This document shows, piece after piece, positions 26,929 through 35,587 of a stretch of 35,587 nt of DNA. A program made the translations under genes and the position numbers. The notes under the pieces are model-generated. The model had not been told where the DNA came from and did no database searches. It saw nothing but the letters and a program-made list of their open reading frames with translations. The stretch is from a virus. Taxonomy: Duplodnaviria > Caudoviricetes. How positions within the stretch are numbered: the stretch's first letter is position 1; each line of letters opens with the position of its first letter. The stretch covers positions 1-35,587 of the IMG/VR virus record IMGVR_UViG_3300001450_000115; one strand, written 5' to 3'.

Positions 26929-28461
26929 ATGGCAAGTATCATAAGAGTAAAAAGATCTACGGGCACTGGCGCTCCAGGTAGTCTTAATTTCGGTGAATTA
27001 GGTCTTACCGTTGGAGTAGGAACTCACGGCAATAAAGGCGGAAGAATTTTCGCTGGTGATAATTCACAAAATGCTCAGGTAGTTGGTGGTAGATATTACA
27101 CCGACTTATTGAGCATCGCGCCTGGTCTGGTTGCTGGTCAAGCAAACCCGACGACAGCAGCAAATGGTTTTGTTGCACTTTTGGACCAGAACAGGAAGGT
27201 CGATCAATGGAATGTAGATAACCTAAGATTAGATACAAATACATTATCTTCTACAGATACTGATGGGGACATCATCCTTGATCCTAATGGATCTGGTGAG
27301 ATAGTCATTCCTGATGATACCAAACTTACTTTTGGTACAAGTAAGGATGTCAGTATTGAATATGATGAGAATGGCGCTAATCAAATTGTAGTCACTGGTC
27401 ACGGATGGCAGTGGAACTCTCCTCAGATATTTGGTAGTGTTGGAATTTCATCTAACACTATTTCTACCAAGTCTGGTAGTGGTAATGAACTATTCATTGA
27501 CCCATTCCCCGATGGTCTGAGCAATGAAGGTACGGTTATAATCAAGGGTGACCTACAAGTTGATGGTACAACAACCACTGTTAACTCAAACGACGTTACA
27601 ATTAATGATGCTATCTTTGGTATTGGTGACGTAACCAGTATCAAGACGGTCATGGGAACCGTCGCATCTGGTGTATCTACTGTTCTGCTTGATTCAGTTG
27701 CTGGTATTAATACTGGTGACCAGCTGGCAGTATCAGGTATCGATGCTTCTGGTATTGGTACAGTTACAGCATACAATGCCTCAACTAAAGTTGTAACATT
27801 CACAGGTACAGCAGTTGGTGTTACTACCACATCACAAGTAACTGTTACTCATGGATTTGATACCAATACAGACCGTGGTATTTCATTCCAATATAATGTA
27901 AGTAGCGGAGTTGGTAATAATAAGGTTGGTTTCTTCGGTTACAACGATAGTGCTGGTGAAGGAAGTTCTGCTCCTGCAAGAGCATTTACATATGTTCCTG
28001 ATGCAACTATTACTGGTAGCACGATAGCAGGAACCAGAGGTAATCTGGATATCAAGGGTATCTATTACCAGACTGGAGATTACCAAACACATGGTGTTGT
28101 ATTCTTTGATGCTAATGGTTTACAGACATCTACTAACAACCCAACAGATGCTGTAAATACAAGAACTTCTACGCAGATTATGACTGCTGTAACTGAAATC
28201 TCAATCGCCCTGCCTTCTGGACAAACGATTGCTCAGGACGCTCTGGTCACTCAGCAGAACAACAGCACAGCATTCGGTGTCTGTAAGGTATCGATTAGTG
28301 GTGGAACTACTCTTATACTGATTGGTGTTCAGGGAACTTTCGATGCTACAAACGATCTGGTCGTAAATGGCGCAAGTATTTCAGTCGCACCAACCTCGGT
28401 ATCTAATGTATATACCAACAAGCCAATGTGGACAAACACTCTAGATGGAGGAACCTTCTAA
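26929..28461 (+). CDS. Tail fibre / whisker-like structural protein (510 aa)
   Basis: N-terminal IRVKRSTGTGAPGSLNFGELG docking-type motif; GDLQVDGTTTTVNS fibre motif; G/T/S/V-rich; ends in LDGGTF. Confidence 0.75.
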   Translation: MASIIRVKRSTGTGAPGSLNFGELGLTVGVGTHGNKGGRIFAGDNSQNAQVVGGRYYTDLLSIAPGLVAGQANPTTAANGFVALLDQNRKVDQWNVDNLRLDTNTLSSTDTDGDIILDPNGSGEIVIPDDTKLTFGTSKDVSIEYDENGANQIVVTGHGWQWNSPQIFGSVGISSNTISTKSGSGNELFIDPFPDGLSNEGTVIIKGDLQVDGTTTTVNSNDVTINDAIFGIGDVTSIKTVMGTVASGVSTVLLDSVAGINTGDQLAVSGIDASGIGTVTAYNASTKVVTFTGTAVGVTTTSQVTVTHGFDTNTDRGISFQYNVSSGVGNNKVGFFGYNDSAGEGSSAPARAFTYVPDATITGSTIAGTRGNLDIKGIYYQTGDYQTHGVVFFDANGLQTSTNNPTDAVNTRTSTQIMTAVTEISIALPSGQTIAQDALVTQQNNSTAFGVCKVSISGGTTLILIGVQGTFDATNDLVVNGASISVAPTSVSNVYTNKPMWTNTLDGGTF

Positions 28462-28465
28462 AATT

Positions 28466-28633
28466 ATGAATAGTGATGTTGACGTGAATATTTTGATCAA
28501 GAATTATCATTCTAAAATTTCTTCATTAATGAATCAGAATATTCTTTTAGAAGCAAAATTGGAGTCTTTAACAAAAGACTATATTGAATTGCAAAACAAA
28601 GTTAAATATCAGGAAGCAGGTATCGAAGAATGA
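28466..28633 (+). CDS. Small coiled-coil protein (55 aa)
   Basis: Second ATG of ORF 28445..28633; heptad pattern; ATGA overlap with gp13. Confidence 0.7.
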   Translation: MNSDVDVNILIKNYHSKISSLMNQNILLEAKLESLTKDYIELQNKVKYQEAGIEE

Positions 28634-29451
28634 GCAAACCATCGACCAGACAAGAATTGATCGATTATTGTCTTAGAAGACTTGGACATCCGGTTCTGGA
28701 AATCAACGTAGATGATGATCAGATTGATGATCTGGTAGATGACGCAATTCAACACTGGCAGGATTACCACTTTGATGGTTATCAGAGAATGTTCCTGAAG
28801 CATAAGGTTACCGAAGCAGAAAGAGAAGTACTAAAGAGTGGTATTACAACTACTACAGGAACTAATTCTTCTGGTTCTGGTATCGCATCAGTAAACTGGC
28901 AAGAGGGACAAAACTTCCTTCAACTCCCAGACCATGTTCTTGGAATTAATAAAGTTTTCAAGATGGATAACAGCACCATATCCAATGGTCTGTTCAATAT
29001 TAAATATCAAATGTTCTTGAACGATGTATATCATTATGGGGCACTTGATCTCTTAAATTACTCAATGACGAAGACGTATCTTGAGGATTTAAGTAGACTT
29101 ATCACCCCAGATGTTCAGTTAAGATTCAACAGAAAGAATGGTAGATTATACGTAGATATTGATTGGCGTGAATTTAATGACGACACATATCTCGTATTAG
29201 ACTGCTATAGACTGGTTGATCCATCTGATGCAGCATCAGTCTATAATGATTGGTGGTTAAAGAAATATACAACTTCACTGATTAAGAGACAGTGGGGTCA
29301 AAACTTAATTAAGTTCCAAGGTGTAGCACTTCCAGGCGGAGTTCAGTTAAATGGAAGACAACTTTACGATGATGCTATGGTAGAGTTAGAAGTTCTAGAG
29401 AAGGAACTTAGAGCGACTTATGAAGAACCACCTTTCGATTTGATAGGTTGA
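28630..29451 (+). CDS. gp13: Neck protein gp13
   Basis: LIDYCLRRLGHPVLEINV, WLKKYTTSLIKRQWGQNLIKF and LPGGVQLNG motifs. Confidence 0.95.
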   Translation: MSKPSTRQELIDYCLRRLGHPVLEINVDDDQIDDLVDDAIQHWQDYHFDGYQRMFLKHKVTEAEREVLKSGITTTTGTNSSGSGIASVNWQEGQNFLQLPDHVLGINKVFKMDNSTISNGLFNIKYQMFLNDVYHYGALDLLNYSMTKTYLEDLSRLITPDVQLRFNRKNGRLYVDIDWREFNDDTYLVLDCYRLVDPSDAASVYNDWWLKKYTTSLIKRQWGQNLIKFQGVALPGGVQLNGRQLYDDAMVELEVLEKELRATYEEPPFDLIG

Positions 29452-29457
29452 TACATC

Positions 29458-30879
29458 ATGCCATTAAACTCTTACTTTTTACAAGGATCCCAAGGAGAAC
29501 AAAGACTCGTTCAGGATCTTATTAATGAACAATTAAAAATATACGGACAAGATATCATCTATCTTCCAAGGAAGTTGGTGAGTCAAGATGCAATTTTGAA
29601 TGAGACAATTGCTACTGAATTTGATGATTCATTCAGAATGGAAGCGTACCTAGCAAACTATGAAGGGTTTGCAGGAAATGGAGATATTCTATCAAAGTTT
29701 GGTGTCCAGTCAACAGATCAGATCACTCTGATAATCTCAAAAGAGAGATATGAGGATTTCACTAGTCCATTCTTACAAGGAGAAGACGTTATAGTATCAT
29801 CAAGACCAGCAGAAGGTGACTTAATTTATCTGCCTCTTGATAATACTATCTTTGAAATTAAATATGTAGAAGCAAAGAAACCATTCTATCAACTGAATAA
29901 GTTATTCGTCTATCAATTGAGTTGTGAAGTCTTCGATGCTGCTCTTGATGAACTGGTTGATACTGGAATCGAAGAGGTTGATCAGGCAGTATCCGACTTT
30001 ATCTTCACCACCAAACTTACAATGGTTGGTCTTGATGCACAACAGGCAACAGCAACCATTCAACTTGCAAAAGATCTTGGTGGTGGTCCAACCGATCTTG
30101 CTGTAGGTAGAGTCGATCTTGTTAATGATGGAACAGGTTATACAGTTCCACCAATTATTGGCATTCAGACTGCACCTGGTGGTGGCGTTAATGCTACTGC
30201 TGTTGCAATTATGACTCAAAGAACTGGTCAGGTAGGTCAGTCAATTGATAGTATCCAAATCACCAATCCAGGACTTGGATATGTAACACCACCAACAATT
30301 ACAATCCGTCCCCAGAATAATGATGGAACTGGTGGTATTGCAACAGCAGTTCTAACAGAAGGTACTCTTGGACTTCCAAACATTACATTTGTTGGAGTTG
30401 GGTATGGTGTAACACCAACAGTTGCAATTACAACAGCACCTGCAGGTGGAACTAATGCGACTGCTGTCGTTCTCACTAATGCTGAGGAAAAAGTTAGTGC
30501 TATTAGATACACTAATGCTGGTGCAGGATACACATTAGCACCAAACGTCACCATAGCGGTTCCAGCGACTGGAATTACCTCGGAGAACTACTTCTCTGGA
30601 GAACTCGTCAGAGGCGTTTCTACGGGCACCACAGCGTATGTTCATAAATGGGATGCCGATACTAATGTATTACAGATCACTAATGCATCCAGTAATTTTG
30701 CACTTGGAGAAATTGTTGTAGGTATTGGAACTACTCAACTTGGATCTGATGCTGCTAGAAGAATCGAAGCAATTTCAGATCAGGATGAGTTTGATGAATT
30801 TGCTGATAATATTGAAATAGAGTCAGAGGCAGATACTATTCTTGACTTTACCGAAAAGAATCCATTTGGAGAGATCTAA
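29458..30879 (+). CDS. gp14: Neck protein gp14 with an internal repeat insertion
   Basis: EQRLVQDLINEQLKIYG, LSKFG, RPAEGDLIY and PFYQL motifs; C-terminal DFTEKNPFGE. Confidence 0.92.
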   Translation: MPLNSYFLQGSQGEQRLVQDLINEQLKIYGQDIIYLPRKLVSQDAILNETIATEFDDSFRMEAYLANYEGFAGNGDILSKFGVQSTDQITLIISKERYEDFTSPFLQGEDVIVSSRPAEGDLIYLPLDNTIFEIKYVEAKKPFYQLNKLFVYQLSCEVFDAALDELVDTGIEEVDQAVSDFIFTTKLTMVGLDAQQATATIQLAKDLGGGPTDLAVGRVDLVNDGTGYTVPPIIGIQTAPGGGVNATAVAIMTQRTGQVGQSIDSIQITNPGLGYVTPPTITIRPQNNDGTGGIATAVLTEGTLGLPNITFVGVGYGVTPTVAITTAPAGGTNATAVVLTNAEEKVSAIRYTNAGAGYTLAPNVTIAVPATGITSENYFSGELVRGVSTGTTAYVHKWDADTNVLQITNASSNFALGEIVVGIGTTQLGSDAARRIEAISDQDEFDEFADNIEIESEADTILDFTEKNPFGEI

Positions 30880-30882
30880 ATA
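30875..30882 (+). promoter_or_regulatory. Late promoter variant TCTAAATA
   Basis: Overlaps the gp14 stop, 25 nt upstream of gp15. Confidence 0.65.
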
Positions 30883-30907
30883 GTTAGTATAGGCAAACCA
30901 TGGTATC

Positions 30908-31960
30908 ATGTTAGGAACATATTATTATCATGAGATAATACGAAAGACTATTATATCTTTTGGCACTCTCTTCAACAGCATTGAAATCCGTCACACCAAG
31001 CAGGATGGATCTAACTTTTCTACTGTAAAGGTTCCTATTGCATATGGTCCTTCTGAGAAGTTTATTGCAAGATTAGAGCAGAAACCAGATCCAAGAAGAA
31101 GAGTATCGATAACTCTTCCTAGATTGGCATTTGAAATGACATCTATTGCATATGATAGTTCCCGAAAAGTTTCTACAATGCAAACTTTTAAAACATTCAC
31201 CAAAGATGGAACTAAGACAGCAAGAAAAGTCTTTATGCCTGTTCCATACAATCTAGGATTTAGATTGTCAATCTTAACTCAATATAATGAAGATGCGATG
31301 CAAATTATTGAGCAAATTCTTCCAATATTTCAACCATCATTTAATGTAACAGTTGATTTAGTAGAATCAATTGGTGAGAAGAGAGACGTGCCGCTGGTTT
31401 TAGAAAATATCAACTTTGAAGATAACTATACATCTGGATATGATGAGAAGAGAGTTATTACTCATCAACTACAATTTACAGCAAAGACATATCTGTTTGG
31501 TGCTATTGCTGATAATAGTGAAGGACTTATCAAAAAAGTTCAGGTTGATTATAACACAAGCACAAATACCAAGACTGCAAAAAGAGAACTCAGGTATGTT
31601 GCTACACCTAGAGCACTCAAGGATTATAATGATGATAACGCAACTACTCTTGCTCAGGATATTGATACAGAACAGACCAAGTTCCTAGTTACTAATGCAT
31701 CAAGTCTAATTGTGGATGGATATATCTACATCGGAAAGGAATTGATACAGATTAGAGAAATTAGTGATGAAACACTCCTAGTATACAGAGGAGTTGATGG
31801 AACTCAGGCAGACAGTCACATTTCTGGAGTATCAATTGATGCAGTTACCCAGACAGATGATGATCTGGTCGAACCCGGTGATGACTTCGGATTCAGTGAA
31901 GAACGATTTGATTTCAGTGACGGTAGAACTTATAGTCCAACTAAAGGTACAGATGTATGA
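30908..31960 (+). CDS. gp15: Tail sheath stabilizer / terminator gp15
   Basis: YYHEIIRKTIISFGTLFN, VPIAYGP..KF, LPRLAFE and QIIEQILPIFQP motifs. Confidence 0.93.
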   Translation: MLGTYYYHEIIRKTIISFGTLFNSIEIRHTKQDGSNFSTVKVPIAYGPSEKFIARLEQKPDPRRRVSITLPRLAFEMTSIAYDSSRKVSTMQTFKTFTKDGTKTARKVFMPVPYNLGFRLSILTQYNEDAMQIIEQILPIFQPSFNVTVDLVESIGEKRDVPLVLENINFEDNYTSGYDEKRVITHQLQFTAKTYLFGAIADNSEGLIKKVQVDYNTSTNTKTAKRELRYVATPRALKDYNDDNATTLAQDIDTEQTKFLVTNASSLIVDGYIYIGKELIQIREISDETLLVYRGVDGTQADSHISGVSIDAVTQTDDDLVEPGDDFGFSEERFDFSDGRTYSPTKGTDV

Positions 31961-32373
31961 GTGATCAATTTGACAGCATAAATGATACCCTGGACGTTGA
32001 AGTTCAAGCGGGAGAACTTGTAAGAGAAACTAAAAAAGAACTTAAAAAAATCAATGACCAACAAGATCATGTAAAAGATTATGAGTATACTCGTGGTAAT
32101 CTGTATTCTTTAATTGAAAAGGGGCAGGAAGCAATCAACGGTATCCTTGAATTAGCACAGGAAGGACAACAACCTAGATCATATGAAGTTGTTGGACAAC
32201 TCATTAAGAGTGTTGGTGATGTGTCTGATAAGTTACTTGATCTCCAACAGAAAATGAGAGATCTAAATAAAGAGGAGAAGTCTTCTTCACCAACAACTGT
32301 AAATAATGCGTTGTTTGTTGGTTCAACTGCTGAACTTCAGAAACTTCTTAAGGACGGATTCAAGAAAGAGTAA
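31957..32373 (+). CDS. gp16: Terminase small subunit gp16
   Basis: DYEYTRGNL, PRSYEVVGQLIK and NNALFVGSTAELQK motifs. Confidence 0.93.
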   Translation: MSDQFDSINDTLDVEVQAGELVRETKKELKKINDQQDHVKDYEYTRGNLYSLIEKGQEAINGILELAQEGQQPRSYEVVGQLIKSVGDVSDKLLDLQQKMRDLNKEEKSSSPTTVNNALFVGSTAELQKLLKDGFKKE

Positions 32374-32900
32374 TGCCAGAACCCACAAGATCTAACAAAA
32401 ATAATGATAGTGTTCGTGACAACGATGATAGCGGCAGTGCTAGTAATGGTACTGGGAGTGAATCTTCTAGATCCACCTCAGGACTAGGGGAAGAAAGATT
32501 CTGTGAACTTTGTGGTAAGCAAGAATATAAGGAAGAGTGTAGTTATGGTCCCAAGATGTGGGATATGTTTACAATAAGAAATTTCAGTAAATCAGTTGTA
32601 GTTCCAGGGAAATCAACTTATGAAGAATTCAACTGGAGGAGTGAATTAGCAGAATCGTATCTTAGATTACAGGAAAGAGGAAGGACATATACTATTATCT
32701 TTAACTGGAGAGGGAGAACACTAAAAGTTCAAATATTCTTTAACAAATTCTCCAGACCTACCAGAGAAGAAGTACGCCAGGAACTCAATAAAATATATCC
32801 TGGACCAATCGTACTATACTACAACCCATCGAAGAAAGAACCAACTTTACCATTTATGTTTGCAGGAACTGCAGGAGGAGATGCAAATGAACCCAGATGA
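32373..32900 (+). CDS. Hypothetical protein (175 aa) with a low-complexity N-terminus and CxxC
   Basis: TAATG coupling to gp16; FCELCGK...ECSYG, FNWRSELAE and a compact C-terminal domain. Confidence 0.75.
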   Translation: MPEPTRSNKNNDSVRDNDDSGSASNGTGSESSRSTSGLGEERFCELCGKQEYKEECSYGPKMWDMFTIRNFSKSVVVPGKSTYEEFNWRSELAESYLRLQERGRTYTIIFNWRGRTLKVQIFFNKFSRPTREEVRQELNKIYPGPIVLYYNPSKKEPTLPFMFAGTAGGDANEPR

Positions 32901-33060
32901 TATTGAAATTACAAATTTGAATAAAGGTTTTGAGTATATTAAGATTGCAAGAGAGATTGATGCACTGGAAGGGGTGGAAAATTTAAAAACAGTAGCAAAG
33001 TGCTACGCAAAATTATACTTAAAAACACAAGAGATTAGAGCATCTATAGGAAATATTTAA
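32887..33060 (+). CDS. Small helical protein (57 aa, MNPDDIEITNL...)
   Basis: AGGAGG at 32873-32878, 8 nt before ATG 32887; ends 3 nt before gp17. Confidence 0.75.
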   Translation: MNPDDIEITNLNKGFEYIKIAREIDALEGVENLKTVAKCYAKLYLKTQEIRASIGNI

Positions 33061-33063
33061 ATT

Positions 33064-34710
33064 ATGCCTGAAAATATCTATTTGGGGAATCCTAACCTTA
33101 AAAAGGCAAACACCCCAATTGAATTTACACAAGAACAGATTGCTGAATTTATTAAGTGTAAGCAAGATCCTGTTTACTTTGCACGGAATTATGTAAAGAT
33201 TGTGAGTTTGGATGAAGGTCTTGTTCCTTTCAAACCATACGACTTTCAAGAGAAGTTAATTTCTAACTTCCATGAGAATAGATTTAATATTTGTAAGATG
33301 CCACGTCAGACTGGTAAATCTACTACTTCTGTATCATACCTTTTGCACTATGCAGTATTCAATGATAGTGTTAATATAGGTATCCTAGCAAACAAAGCAG
33401 CAACTGCAAGAGATCTTCTTGGAAGATTACAAACTGCATACGAGAACTTGCCCAAATGGATGCAGCAGGGTGTTGTAGTGTGGAACAAAGGTTCGTTGGA
33501 GTTGGAAAATGGGAGTAAAATACTGGCAGCATCTACGTCTGCAAGTGCTGTCCGAGGTATGTCATTCAACATCCTATTTCTAGACGAGTTCGCATTCGTC
33601 CCGAACCATATTGCTGACTCGTTCTTTGCCTCGGTTTATCCTACTATTACTTCTGGTAAAAGCACCAAAGTAATTATTGTATCTACGCCTCACGGTATGA
33701 ATCATTTCTACCGTCTGTGGCATGATGCAGAAAAAGGTAAAAATGATTATGTCCCTACAGATGTTCATTGGTCGGAAGTTCCAGGTAGAGATGATGTCTG
33801 GAAAGAACAAACAATTGCTAACACATCAGAGCAGCAATTCAAGATTGAGTTTGAGTGCGAATTCCTTGGATCTGTTGATACTCTGATTGCACCAAGTAAA
33901 TTAAGAAGTTTAGCTTATGATAATCCAATCACCAGGAATGCTGGATTGGATATCTATGAAAAACCTAGAGAGGGCAGAGATTATGTCTGCACTGTTGACG
34001 TTGCACGAGGAGTCAGTTTAGACTATTCTGCTTTTATTGTTGTAGATATTACTGAATTCCCACATAAGGTAGTAGCAAAGTATCGGAATAATGATATAAA
34101 ACCGATGCTATTTCCCAATATTATATACGAAGTAGTAAGAAATTATAATAATTCATTTGTTCTTTGTGAAGTAAATGACGTTGGAGACCAAGTTGCTTCA
34201 ATTTTAAACTATGATCTTGAGTATCAAAATCTACTGATGTGTTCAATGCGTGGTAGAGCAGGTCAAATTGTAGGACAGGGATTCTCCGGTAAGAAGACAC
34301 AACTTGGTGTCAAGATGAGTAAGACTGTGAAACAAGTTGGATCACTCAATCTAAAGACAATGATTGAAGAAGATAAAGTAATCTTCAACGATTATGAAAT
34401 TATATCTGAATTGACTACTTTCATTCAGAAGCGTAATTCATTTGAAGCAGAAGAAGGTTGCAACGATGACCTTGCAATGTGTCTTGTAATCTATGCATGG
34501 TTAGTTCAACAAGATTATTTCAAAGAACTTACTGATCAGGATGTAAGAAAAAGATTATATGAAGAACAGAAGAATCAGATCGAACAAGATATGGCACCGT
34601 TTGGATTTATGTCTGATGGTTTAGATGAGACTAGTTTTGTAGATGCTGATGGAGATACATGGACCACTGATGAGTATGGTGATAGATCTTTTATGTGGGA
34701 ATACCAATAA
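33064..34710 (+). CDS. gp17: Terminase large subunit gp17
   Basis: Walker A PRQTGKSTT, Walker B ILFLDEFAF, coupling motif STP, and nuclease acidic motifs VDVARG and DDLAM. Confidence 0.97.
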   Translation: MPENIYLGNPNLKKANTPIEFTQEQIAEFIKCKQDPVYFARNYVKIVSLDEGLVPFKPYDFQEKLISNFHENRFNICKMPRQTGKSTTSVSYLLHYAVFNDSVNIGILANKAATARDLLGRLQTAYENLPKWMQQGVVVWNKGSLELENGSKILAASTSASAVRGMSFNILFLDEFAFVPNHIADSFFASVYPTITSGKSTKVIIVSTPHGMNHFYRLWHDAEKGKNDYVPTDVHWSEVPGRDDVWKEQTIANTSEQQFKIEFECEFLGSVDTLIAPSKLRSLAYDNPITRNAGLDIYEKPREGRDYVCTVDVARGVSLDYSAFIVVDITEFPHKVVAKYRNNDIKPMLFPNIIYEVVRNYNNSFVLCEVNDVGDQVASILNYDLEYQNLLMCSMRGRAGQIVGQGFSGKKTQLGVKMSKTVKQVGSLNLKTMIEEDKVIFNDYEIISELTTFIQKRNSFEAEEGCNDDLAMCLVIYAWLVQQDYFKELTDQDVRKRLYEEQKNQIEQDMAPFGFMSDGLDETSFVDADGDTWTTDEYGDRSFMWEYQ

Positions 34711-34937
34711 TGGACTTTGATGAGCAGTTTGGATTAGAACATCTACTGTTCAAAGAAAGAAAATGTAGGATTTGTGGTGTCACTAAAGATTTAATTGATG
34801 GATTTTATTTGATTAGAAAAAATAGAGGCATGTATCCATCATCATATTCTTACGAGTGTAAGGAGTGTACGAAGAAAAGAGTAATTGAATATAGAAAAGA
34901 AAAGAATAGGATTACAGACATATATCCTGATTGGTAG
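34710..34937 (+). CDS. Small zinc-finger protein (75 aa) resembling the CxxC...CxxC N-terminus of endonuclease VII/HNH proteins
   Basis: TAATG coupling to gp17; CRICG...F...YECKEC; ends in YPDW. Confidence 0.75.
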   Translation: MDFDEQFGLEHLLFKERKCRICGVTKDLIDGFYLIRKNRGMYPSSYSYECKECTKKRVIEYRKEKNRITDIYPDW

Positions 34938-34975
34938 TGTTCATGCACAGTTTCCCCACTCTACAAGTTCAAAAT

Positions 34976-34983
34976 TCTAAATA
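34976..34983 (+). promoter_or_regulatory. Late promoter variant TCTAAATA
   Basis: Intergenic, upstream of the gp18 RBS (GAGGA) and ATG 35021. Confidence 0.7.
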
Positions 34984-35020
34984 GTTTTAGTAAAAATGAA
35001 TCTTCGGTCGAGGAAAAGAC

Positions 35021-35587
35021 ATGTCGCTTAACCTAGTATCCCCCGGCGTCAAGGTAAGAGAAGTTGACTTAACAATCGGTAGAGTGGATGCTGCAAATGA
35101 CCAAGTTGGTGCAATTGCAGGTCCATTTGAAAAGGGACCAATTAATGTTCCCATTCTGATTGAAACAGAGCAAGATCTTCTTAAAACCTTTGGTAAGCCA
35201 ATTACAACCGACGCACAGTGTGACTACTGGTTAAGTGCGTCTTCATACCTTTCTTATGGTGGAACTCTAAGAGTTCTCAGATCTGATGAATCTGCTGGCA
35301 GTTATTTAAATAATGCAAACAACGATGGTTCCAGTGGTGTTAAAATTAAATCCTATGAGGATTATGTAAATAACCACAGTTCTGTTAGCGTTTCTTGGGA
35401 GTATGCAGCAAAAAATCCCGGAAAGTGGGCAAACAAACTTAAGGTCTGCACTATTGATGGTGCTGCTGACCAAATCATCTCTGGTATCAATGTTTCTGGA
35501 CTTACGGTCGGAATGGGTGTAACCCAGACCATTGCAGGAAGAGTAAATGCTGGTTCTGGAAGCACTTCTGCATATGATGGTTTCCTG
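35021..35587 (+). CDS. gp18: Tail sheath protein gp18 (5' part, runs off the window)
   Basis: Translated by hand: MSLNLVSPGVKVREVDLTIGRVDAANDQVGAIAGPFEKGP...LLKTFGKP...YLSYGG; follows gp17 as in T4. Confidence 0.95.
   Translation, partial: MSLNLVSPGVKVREVDLTIGRVDAANDQVGAIAGPFEKGPINVPILIETEQDLLKTFGKPITTDAQCDYWLSASSYLSYGGTLRVLRSDESAGSYLNNANNDGSSGVKIKSYEDYVNNHSSVSVSWEYAAKNPGKWANKLKVCTIDGAADQIISGINVSGLTVGMGVTQTIAGRVNAGSGSTSAYDGFL

Noticed and set aside
6426-28461. Diversity-generating retroelement or invertase shufflon acting on fibre genes
   Set aside because: No reverse transcriptase or recombinase gene, and no long near-identical template/variable repeat pair, was seen in the window.
33064-34710. 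Intron or intein in the large terminase
   Set aside because: The ORF is continuous, of ordinary length (548 aa), with normally spaced ATPase and nuclease motifs.
90-35565. Numerous minus-strand and alternate-frame ORFs of 60-135 aa in the ORF track
   Set aside because: They lie within or across well-supported + strand genes, lack recognisable motifs, and are explained as shadows of biased codon usage.
1-35587. Alternative genetic code or stop-codon reassignment
   Set aside because: Long genes read through intact in the standard code, and TAA, TGA and TAG all end genes at plausible positions.

Overview
The window is a segment of a T4-like myovirus genome, most likely a marine cyanophage, with every credible gene on the + strand. 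It has three parts. (1) 1-1685: the end of a visibly GC-richer array of short, early-type genes. Two are preceded by a repeated GGCAC-N10-ATGCTGTATTGTA promoter-like element, and the last encodes a KxDG ligase/nucleotidyltransferase-like protein. (2) 1686-1961: a non-coding junction containing a strong sigma70-type promoter, alternative hairpins, a G-tract and a perfect 21-bp A-tract direct repeat; this is a candidate replication origin or ncRNA. (3) 1962-35587: small conserved genes and a GT-A glycosyltransferase, then the virion morphogenesis module: gp25, gp6, a giant 3541-aa gp7-like protein, gp8, a 2488-aa VrlC/DUF4815-like protein, fibre/adaptor genes, gp13, gp14, gp15, terminase gp16/gp17 and the 5' part of tail sheath gp18, with T4-type late promoters (TATAAATA/CTAAATA). 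Product calls rest on recognised motifs and T4-like synteny; no database search was run.
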